Shown here one piece after another: positions 1 through 6,596 of a stretch of DNA of 6,596 bases. Position 1 is the first letter of the stretch. Every line of letters begins with the position of its first letter. Where the stretch lies: positions 1 through 6,596 of the forward strand of contig JBJCIZ010000133.1 in NCBI GenBank assembly GCA_051294375.1, given 5' to 3'. A program made the translations under genes and the position numbers. The notes below the pieces were generated by a model. The model was not told where the DNA came from, did not search any database, and saw only the letters and a list, made by a program, of their open reading frames with translations. Origin of the DNA: Paraspadella gotoi (Eukaryota; Animalia; Chaetognatha).

Positions 1-214
1 CTGAAAATTTTTGACTATGACAATGATGCGACTACATTTTAAAATATATTACAGATTAAGGAGAGATTTTCAGATAACTGAAATCAAGTGACTGAACTCT
101 AGAGTACCGAAAGAACGATCACTTCTTTTGATTAGATTTTCAAAGGCCTGAGTCAAATCCACAATATGGATGAGAGGCAATAAAATAACACTCAAATACT
201 GAAATTCGTCTCAC
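1..214 (-). other. Possible GT-AG intron of a minus-strand gene running off the left edge
   Basis: The minus strand reads AAG|GTGAGA at 214 (consensus donor) and AAAATTTTCAG ending at base 1 (acceptor-like). The upstream segment (~215-275) has no useful ORF, so it would be a non-coding first exon. Inference from splice signals only. Confidence 0.3.
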
Positions 215-254
215 CTTAAACACTGAATATGTAGTATAATTTACATTCAAAGCA

Positions 255-312
255 CACTTCCGCTCCACCGACTACCAAAACGTGAAAAAGTGGGTCGTTC
301 CAGGTATATAAG
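255..312. promoter_or_regulatory. Putative Pol II core promoter (TATA box plus ETS-like site)
   Basis: TATATAAG at 305-312 and CACTTCCG (CGGAAGTG on the minus strand, ETS-like) at 255-262 lie in a locally CpG-richer patch. The TATATA core is palindromic, so direction is ambiguous. Confidence 0.3.
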
Positions 313-954
313 CGGGGTCGTGTCCATTGGATGAAAAACCAAAATGAAAATTCAAAAAAAGTGTATTTTCCTTTTCAAGTCTCAATTTCGATTGTCCTTT
401 CAAGTAGTGAAGTATATGTTTTGTCATTGTCAAGAAAAGCTTTACAATGTATTAAAAAATATATTCTTATTTAATGATTGTAAAGATTCTATTTTTTTTA
501 GTTTATAGATGTTTATTAAGAATTTAATTTAATTGAATTATTAGTTTCCACCCCCTTTTTGAATATGAATGGGGACAAGTGAAGTTAATTGGCTTCCTAG
601 ATAAATTTTTAAAAATATTACGGAGTTGAAAACAAACTTAATGCTTATGGTTTATAAATAGTTCCACAAAAATGATTTAAACTCAAACCCGTTTACCATC
701 AGGGCAGTATAGACATCCCTCAACAAAAGCTGGACAGGCCCGTCGGAATTATATAGTCTCAAGCATAAGGCCTAAGGATAAAAAAAATATAAAAAAGAAA
801 AATTAATTCAAATGAAATAAAATTCAAAGGCTGTAAAAAAACAGTTAATTTTAAAAAGTTTTAATTTCGGTTAAAAATTCTAAAATTTAATCGGACATTT
901 ATTTGCTCTTTTAATGCCAAATTAAATGTGTAGCCTCTTCCTTCAAGCACAGAC

Positions 955-1001
955 GAGAGAGAGAGAGAGAGAGAGAGAGAAGAGAGGACGAGAGAGAGAG
1001 A
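955..1001. repeat. (GA)n microsatellite
   Basis: Perfect (GA)13 at 955-980, with an interrupted continuation to 1001. Confidence 0.95.
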
Positions 1002-1404
1002 TTGCTTGACTGATAGTTTCAGGTCGGTTAAATGCAGGCAGTAGTCGATGCCAAAAGAAGGATATACCAAATATTGAGAATGTTTTACCCCATGTTGTAT
1101 ACTTATTATGAATAAATGAATCATGTTAATAATACTTTGTTTCTAGATAAGTAATAAGGAAAAATAACAATTTTATAAACTTTATGATTTATATAAGAAA
1201 ATGATCTATAAAGATCCATCTACAGTACGAGGTGGAAGGACAGTTTGAATAAAAATTAGGCAGTTATATGATATTAGTGAATTACTAATCTATAATATAT
1301 TTTTCTTTTTTTACTAATATAGTAGCCAAGTCAGCTTATTTTGTATATAGTACTACCCTTATAAAATGTCAAATAATAAAATATTTTCTTTTAAATTCTG
1401 AGAA

Positions 1405-1422
1405 CAGATTCAGATTCAGATA
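1405..1422. repeat. Short hexamer tandem repeat (CAGATT)x3
   Basis: cagatt cagatt cagata seen directly. Confidence 0.7.
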
Positions 1423-1796
1423 AAGAAAATATAAATCTTTTTCTAAAATTATGTTCATAAGTAGGTTAAAATTATACAAACTAATTTTTTAAGCTCGAAA
1501 TTGAAAAGATCGTATCTTAAATTATAATGAGTTTTTTAACATTTTAACCAACTTAATGAAATAATTTTTAAAAAAGAATTACTACTTTCTTGTATCAACT
1601 TTTTCAGGGAATCAAATCCGACCTAAAATTAATTTTTTTTATTATTTCATTTTAGCTTATATATTCTTATTACTATATTATGAATATAGCTTACTTGCTA
1701 TCCTAACATCAATGTATGAAATTAAAAAATAAATTTACTAAAAGTATTTTTATTGGTTGTTTCATTTTCATTATGTTGAATATACTAATTTTAATT

Positions 1797-1830
1797 TATA
1801 TAAAATTTGTATTATTTTCACACATCACTC
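1797..1830 (+). promoter_or_regulatory. Putative TATA + initiator core promoter of the secreted-protein gene
   Basis: TATATAAAA at 1797-1805 begins 30 nt upstream of the A (1827) of an initiator-like TCACTC (1825-1830). A splice donor follows 14 nt later. The AT-rich background lowers specificity. Confidence 0.45.
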
Positions 1831-1840
1831 TAGATTACAG

Positions 1841-1901
1841 GTACAGGTTAATTCATGAATTAAGTTTAATTTATTTGATGGCCTACTTAATTTTTTTTCA
1901 G
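1841..1901 (+). other. Putative 5'-UTR intron (61 nt; alternative donor at 1847)
   Basis: Donor CAG|GTACAG at 1841 (or CAG|GTTAAT at 1847) and a strong acceptor TTTTTTTTCAG ending at 1901, 31 nt before the ATG. Confidence 0.5.
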
Positions 1902-1932
1902 TTGCTCTGTACATTCAAAAATACATTCAAAG

Positions 1933-2026
1933 ATGCTCATTTCAATCTTAACAATTTTGGGTTGCATTGTCGGTATTTTTGGTCAACAATCAGAGGTTAT
2001 CACTGCTGAAACTTATCCATTTCCAG
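1933..2026 (+). CDS. Coding exon 1 (signal peptide) of a secreted discoidin/F5-8C-like protein
   Basis: The ATG at 1933 gives MLISILTILGCIVGIFGQQSEVITAETYPFP, a hydrophobic core ending IFG/QQ typical of a signal peptide. The exon ends at the consensus donor CAG|GTAAAG (phase 1). Confidence 0.8.
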
Positions 2027-2085
2027 GTAAAGCACTTCATTTTATTTTTTGTCTGATTAAACCTAATAATTTTTCATCTATCTAG
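2027..2085 (+). other. 59-nt phase-1 GT-AG intron
   Basis: GTAAAG...CTAAT (branch-like)...TTTTTCATCTATCTAG. Splicing joins in frame to VYSMKEIPIKNGIAKASSEYNS. Confidence 0.8.
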
Positions 2086-2581
2086 TTTATTCAATGAAGG
2101 AGATTCCAATAAAAAATGGCATTGCAAAGGCATCTAGTGAATACAACTCGATAGGTCGGTGAAGTATGGTTTCATGGACCGGCCTGCAGGAAAGGATGGT
2201 TGGTGAACGGAAACGCAAGAACCCTCCCTGTCATGATATGGTACGACTTTTCCTCAAAATCCTACCGCCCCAAACAGATATCATTTCAGGCGGCGCGATA
2301 GTGGAACTAGTCTTAGAAGAACCCCAACTGAATTTGAGTTTGTCGGTAGCAATGACGAAACGTGTGATGAGAAGACGAGCATTTGGACGGTTTTGTGCCA
2401 AAATTTGGAGGATACTACTTGGACTGACTTCTATGAGGCGAGGTATTGCACAGTGGATCCGGAGAAAATTAAAGAAAAGTACAGATGTTTGGGTCTGAGG
2501 ATATTGAAAAGCAGACAAACGGGGAATGACGGATACACCGGCTTGAGAAACATCAGGATGTGGGAAGTTGTAGAAAACTGA
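2086..2581 (+). pseudogene. Coding exon 2: F5/8 type C (discoidin)/galactose-binding-like domain with three frame disruptions (pseudogene or sequencing indels)
   Basis: Stitched translation: VYSMKEIPIKNGIAKASSEYNS/DRSVKYGFMDRPAGKDGW/VNGNARTLPVMIWYDFSSKSYRPKQISFQA/RDSGTSLRRTPTEFEFVGSNDETCDEKTSIWTVLCQNLEDTTWTDFYEARYCTVDPEKIKEKYRCLGLRILKSRQTGNDGYTGLRNIRMWEVVEN*. The motif order ASS..W..IWYDF..ISF..P..F.F.GSND..W..YR.L.LRI..LR.IR.W matches the F5/8C-like beta-sandwich pattern (recognised by eye). Frame shifts are needed near 2150, 2203 and 2290. Confidence 0.7.
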
Positions 2582-2583
2582 GT

Positions 2584-2601
2584 ATCCTATTGATCCTATT
2601 G
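2584..2601. repeat. 9-bp tandem duplication ATCCTATTG just after the stop codon
   Basis: atcctattg atcctattg seen directly. Confidence 0.8.
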
Positions 2602-2776
2602 ATTATCTGAGTGATGGGAAGAAAACTTTGTACGTGTAATAGAAAATCCAGATATCACTTGAAAAATGAAAAATTTCAATAGTAATAGCAACGACTGATA
2701 ATGGTATTATAAAATGCTGTAGGAAACAGATGATAAATAAGGATAATGATGGAAATGATGAATTTTAAACAAAGTT

Positions 2777-2925
2777 ATTAAATCTATGCATTAAATTTCA
2801 TTCCTTTGCGTGATTTTTTTCATTTTTTTTTTATTTGATTTCATATTCTTTATATTTTGTGTATACGTATTATGTAAAACATTTCAGAAAAACATCAAAA
2901 ATCTTATTTTTTATAATTGAATAAA
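2777..2925 (+). terminator. Candidate polyadenylation signals of the secreted-protein gene
   Basis: ATTAAA at 2777-2782 and 2790-2795 is followed by a T-rich tract (~2815-2860). AATAAA occurs at 2920-2925. Confidence 0.4.
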
Positions 2926-3648
2926 GCCTATTTAACCAATTTTGGGCTGGAGAATCTGATGGAAAGAACGAAATCATTGTACAACCTCAGCATAGCCTGA
3001 CTACCTGGCCCTGAATGAGTATTTCTAGCATTTTTTAAGGTTTTTCTGGTATTTTGAGAAATTATAGCAAAATACTATTTAGACATGGTTTTTAGTTTTT
3101 AAAAGGGCGCCAAACAAATTAAAACCCCGTTGCATTTTTCTTTGTAGGCAGCAAATTCTATATGAATAAAAAAAATCAGTAATTTTTTTTTATGTGCTGT
3201 AAAATATAATCCGATTATCATTTGCCATAATCTAATATTGAATCATTTTCTAAATTTTGATTCCCATCTCTGTATATTTTTTGACTATTACTCTATTTTA
3301 ATCGGTAGTGAGAGTTTATCAAATGATTTGGTTTTAGTGACGCTCATGGGTCAATGTTATTTTGTCAATTTTGTCATTTTTGGAAATACAGTGACAGTTT
3401 TCAATTACCAGACAGATTTTTTTCTTGAAAAAAACTTTGAGATAAATTTGATATAGGGACACCTTATGATGAATGATGAAAGTTTAGAAAAAGGATAGTA
3501 AAATCACCAAAAAAAAACCGTTTAATTACATAAGTAAAAAAGTCAAATGATATTTTAAAAACATAAAAACTGATGTCCAGCCTTTGATTCTGATTAGTCC
3601 TTCCCCAAATCCAAGTTGAATTCACTGAGCAAATAATAGTTTATCTAT

Positions 3649-3841
3649 ATCATCAATGTTACCATCATCATCAAGATCATCATCAAAATCATCGTCGTCA
3701 TCATCATCACCTTTATCAGCATCAATGCCATCATTATTATTATCTACATCATATCCACATCATATTCATTATAATCATTTAATCATAAGCGTCACCAAAT
3801 GAACATCGTTCTTATGATTATCTTTGTCATAATTATCATCA
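3649..3841. repeat. Degenerate (CAT/ATC)n trinucleotide microsatellite
   Basis: Runs such as catcatcatcaagatcatcatcaaaatcatcgtcgtcatcatcatcac with clear 3-nt periodicity over ~190 nt. Confidence 0.9.
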
Positions 3842-4169
3842 CGGTCGCTGGTTTTAACCCTGGGATCGTTGGACAGTTAGGAAAGTCAGTCACTAGTCAG
3901 TTTTTTTATTGTTCATCCTGGAAGACGGATTTGTGGAAAACTATATTAATTATAGATTGTAATTATAATTATAATACAATTTTGAAAAAACATTTCTCTA
4001 GAGTTGGCATGCTATTCAAATCTGAAAAGATTGTGAAAAAAAAAGCGATTGTAAAAAAATATAATAATTAAGCGTTTTATATTTGCGGATGTGCCAGGCG
4101 ATTGATCGTAGGGCCACGAGATCGACAAAGTTACAGTAAAATCTGAATTGTAAAACAGTCTATCTGATG

Positions 4170-4700
4170 AAGGAGTGAGCTGTCGCGTGATACCGTAACT
4201 AATTAAACAACTCTTTTGTTACACATCTCCTATAGTATCTAATAACCCTCAATCCAAGCGCTAATCTATAGAAAACCTGTATTTCTCTCTCGACAAATCT
4301 GCAGGACACGTTTCGACGACGAACTGGATTGGACTAAATTTTTCCAGCGACGAAGATTTTAGTTGACGATAGTCTCTCTCTTAATAGAACCCCCGCTCCT
4401 ATTGAATTTAAATTCATAGTAGATTTCTAATAATGAATTAATTTTTTTAATTTCTGCTGTCGTAACTGGTGCATGGCTTAGAACAGGGCGTAAAAGCTTA
4501 ACTCATTGAGCGATCGGGTCATAACTAAAAGGCGGGATGAACTTGTCACAATGCCCTACTAAAAGACAATCTATAGTTAAATCGCGTGAAGTCGCGTTCC
4601 TCACTCGCCCAAAATGACCGTTTCTCTTTGAAAAAACTGCCCATAAAAGTCGAAGTTGGGAAGAAAAGGGAACGAGTCAAAAAGTTGACTTGCGACAAAG
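4170..4700 (+). ncRNA. Candidate telomerase RNA (template/pseudoknot core 4170-4382; H/ACA-like 3' half, ends uncertain)
   Basis: Hand-derived pairings: P1 4170-4185/4367-4382; boundary hairpin GAUAC 4189-93/GUAUC 4235-39 with inner GUAAC/GUUAC; template UAACCCU 4243-4249; CAAUCCA 4250-56/UGGAUUG 4325-31; P2b CCUGU 4276-80/GCAGG 4301-05; loop AUUUCUCUC 4281-89; P3 UCGACAAAUCU 4290-4300/AGAUUU-ua-GUUGA 4354-66. Element order matches the known metazoan TR core. G-U pairs favour the + strand. Confidence 0.62.
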
Positions 4701-4702
4701 CA

Positions 4703-4737
4703 CTCTCTCCGTTTCTTTCTCTTTCTCTCTTTCTTTC
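4703..4737. repeat. CT-rich low-complexity tract
   Basis: ctctctccgtttctttctctttctctctttctttc seen directly. Confidence 0.7.
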
Positions 4738-4894
4738 ATCAGGCGGTGTAAAGAGGAAAGGTAAATTAAAAAGGCCAGCGATGATTGAAGTTTTTTGGAG
4801 AAAAAAAAATAAAATGCTCGGCCAAAAACAGTTCTATTCCAGGCTAATTTTCTGGATGGCGAGAAAAGGTGCCATCTCTCTGTAAGACGGTTTG

Positions 4895-4936
4895 TTTTTA
4901 CTCTCACTAATTTTTACTAATTTTTACTCTCACTAA
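4895..4936. repeat. Short tandem repeat TTTTTACTCTCACTAA (two copies separated by a truncated unit)
   Basis: 4895-4910 and 4921-4936 are identical 16-mers flanking TTTTTACTAA (4911-4920). Confidence 0.85.
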
Positions 4937-5119
4937 TTCGTTTTTCTTTTTCGTTTTACGAGATGGGCAAAAATAATTTTCACCAATGAAAAAAATGAAA
5001 ACAATTGATTAAAAACTTAAAATAAATATAAAACAAATTTAAAGTAATAATTAAAAAAAAAATGTATTTGATTAAAAGCAAAATGATTTATAAAACAAAA
5101 TGTAAAAAACAATGAAATA

Positions 5120-5260
5120 TTACTGCGACTTCATTTTCTCTTTAAACTCTACCGCCGCCTGCAACAGCTGCCTCGCCGCTTCCATCAACTGATCCACATC
5201 CCTCATCTTCGCCTTCATCATCGTTAACGTCACCGACTTCGATTCATCCACTTCCTCCAT
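5120..5260 (-). CDS. 46-aa helical/coiled-coil-like microprotein, unknown function
   Basis: ATG at 5260 to TAA at 5120: MEEVDESKSVTLTMMKAKMRDVDQLMEAARQLLQAAVEFKEKMKSQ. 35 of 46 codons end in G. The GC-richer island coincides with the ORF limits. The protein has no Pro, Gly, Cys or Trp. Confidence 0.6.
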   Translation of the reverse strand: MEEVDESKSVTLTMMKAKMRDVDQLMEAARQLLQAAVEFKEKMKSQ

Positions 5261-5295
5261 TCATCAACCGAAATATTTATATCATAAGCAGAAAC

Positions 5296-5395
5296 CTGAA
5301 GCAACGCTAATGGTCAAGAGAATGTAAAAAAAAGGCAAAGATAAAACACAATTTTTTGAAAATAAACGTGATACTTTAGTTTACATATTATTTAC
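5296..5395 (-). other. Putative 5'-UTR intron (100 nt) of the micro-ORF gene
   Basis: The minus strand shows TG|GTAAAT at 5395, a pyrimidine tract, and GCTTCAG|G ending at 5296, 35 nt before the ATG. Confidence 0.4.
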
Positions 5396-5415
5396 CAGTA
5401 TTTGAAAGTTGAGCA

Positions 5416-5492
5416 TAACGGTTAATTTTTCAACAACGTTGGTTAACCGTTAAAAATCGACTTTTTAACCCTTAACGGTTAAAATCGGTTAA
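5416..5492. repeat. Cluster of inverted/direct TAACGGTTAA motifs
   Basis: TAACGGTTAA 5416-5425, TTAACCGTTAA 5443-5453, TTAACGGTTAA 5472-5482 and CGGTTAA 5486-5492. Confidence 0.75.
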
Positions 5493-5998
5493 TTTAGAGA
5501 CTTAGCTTATTTGATAATATAAATGCAAAATAAGAAGGAATACAATTAAAACTTAGTATTCAAATCTTATTTCAATACATAGGATGCACTAATATAGTAA
5601 AGGAAGACACTGAATTAATTATAACAAAAATATCAATGATAGCTATTAAATTTTTTAAAAAAGATAGCTCATAATCAATATCTTTAAAAAGCATCAAAAG
5701 TTAAAGTTTTGAGTTAAGAGATAAAATTTCCTTTTGCACTTCTTTGCTTACACTGAGATAAATAAGTAGCGCAGAATATATTTTTTTCAAAACCTCATTT
5801 TTTAAAAACTTTCATAGAGCTTTGTGCTGACTTATTTTTACTCATCTCAGCCCACAAAAATTTAAGGGTACGGTCTGTTTTAAAGATATTATTTTCATTG
5901 AAAATCAGTGTGCAACTAGCAATCTTGACAGTTTCCAAAGTAAATTTTTATAAATAGGCTAAATTATTTTAAATTTTTCTAAACTCACTCATATTGCG

Positions 5999-6055
5999 GT
6001 GAGAAAAAGTCAGGAGGTTTTTGTGACAAAAGAGTTTTTCTTCATTTTATTTCAG
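5999..6055 (+). other. Putative 57-nt GT-AG intron of a plus-strand transcript
   Basis: GCG|GTGAGA donor and TTTTTCTTCATTTTATTTCAG acceptor. The size matches the 59- and 61-nt introns of the other gene. No convincing ORF flanks it. Confidence 0.4.
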
Positions 6056-6397
6056 TTGAAGATCGAACATAGAACAAATATAAAGCTTTTGGTGATTGTT
6101 GTCTCGCTTTGATTTTTGACACACACTGTTTTAAACAAAGTCAGATAAATTCATTTCGACGCATTAGTAAAGCCAATTTTAGTACATAAAATTAAGTTGA
6201 TGAATTGTATGATTTGCCTTTTGAAGGCTAAGTTGTCCCTTCAGTGACGCTAAACTTTTTTTAACTTGCCAGGACGAAACCGGAAAGTCTATATAGTTAT
6301 CAAAAACTATCACTTAGTTATGTAAAATGTTAATCATATTTTGTACAAGATTTCCTGCAATAAAACAAATTCTAAAAACTGAAGGCTTCATTTTAAT

Positions 6398-6448
6398 TAT
6401 TATATATATATTATATATTATATATATTAATTGTTATCTATATATTAA
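6398..6448. repeat. Interrupted (TA)n microsatellite
   Basis: tattatatatatattatatattatatatattaattgttatctatatattaa seen directly. Confidence 0.85.
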
Positions 6449-6596
6449 TTATTATAAAATGATACGCAGTTTTTAGGGCAGAGAATCGTTTCCGGAATAA
6501 CTACTGGACCAATATTTTAGTAGATTGTAGATAGTTGCATAGACGTTTATTCAGCCTTAAAAACGTATATATTACTACCAAAAAACTAAACCCTAA

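Noticed and set aside
861-1124. 87-aa minus-strand ORF
   Set aside because: Its SLSLSL stretch is the translated (GA)n microsatellite; there is no other coding signal.
1150-1170. TAAGGAAAAATAAC resembling part of U12 snRNA
   Set aside because: Short AT-rich match without the U12 5' sequence or stem-loops.
1716-2009. 97-aa hydrophobic ORF
   Set aside because: The F/I/L/K bias reflects AT-rich DNA. It overlaps the promoter, the UTR intron and the true signal-peptide exon in another frame.
2166-2518. 110-aa (+) and 95-aa (-) ORFs, including TGA readthrough at 2160 into the 110-aa frame
   Set aside because: These are shadow frames of the discoidin-like exon. The recognisable motifs lie in the other + frames, so selenocysteine or readthrough does not explain the stop.
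3238-3456. 72-aa ORF
   Set aside because: TTG start in eukaryotic DNA and low-complexity AT-rich composition.
3880-3888. GGAAAGTC resembling RNase P/MRP CR-I (also near 6282)
   Set aside because: No matching CR-V/P4 partner was found at a sensible distance.
3799-4071. 90-aa ORF with an apparent signal peptide
   Set aside because: The Ile-rich N-terminus is the translated ATC/ATT microsatellite and the C-terminus comes from A-runs.
4164-4742. Hammerhead ribozyme cores (CTGATGA at 4164 on +, ~4736-4742 on -; CGAAAC at ~4310-4315 on -)
   Set aside because: No stem II-GAAA-stem III arrangement links these motifs on the same strand.
4586-4907. 99-aa (+) and 76-aa (-) ORFs
   Set aside because: GTG starts and low-complexity translations of CT and A tracts. 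The region is better explained as structured RNA.
6588-6596. AAACCCTAA at the window end; other TAACCCT 7-mers at ~3855 and ~5466
   Set aside because: A single unit, on the wrong strand for a right-hand telomere. The other 7-mers have no pseudoknot context that I could see, and they show the template motif alone is not significant.

Overview
AT-rich eukaryotic, probably animal, genomic DNA with short (~55-100 nt) GT-AG introns and microsatellites. Most ORFs in the supplied track look spurious. Three elements are well supported. (1) A spliced + strand gene (1933-2581) encodes a secreted ~195-aa protein with a discoidin/F5-8 type C (galactose-binding)-like domain. Its second coding exon needs three frame changes, so it is either a young pseudogene or carries indel sequencing errors. 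(2) A GC-richer, highly base-paired + strand island (~4170-4700, structure possibly extending to ~4900) folds by hand into a telomerase-RNA-like core: P1, a template-adjacent boundary hairpin, a UAACCCU template, and a P2/P3 pseudoknot with a pyrimidine-rich triplex loop. H/ACA-like elements follow. This is the most interesting candidate. (3) A convergent 46-aa helical micro-ORF on the - strand (5120-5260) has extreme third-position G bias and was missed by the ORF track. All structures were derived by eye; no folding or database search was run.
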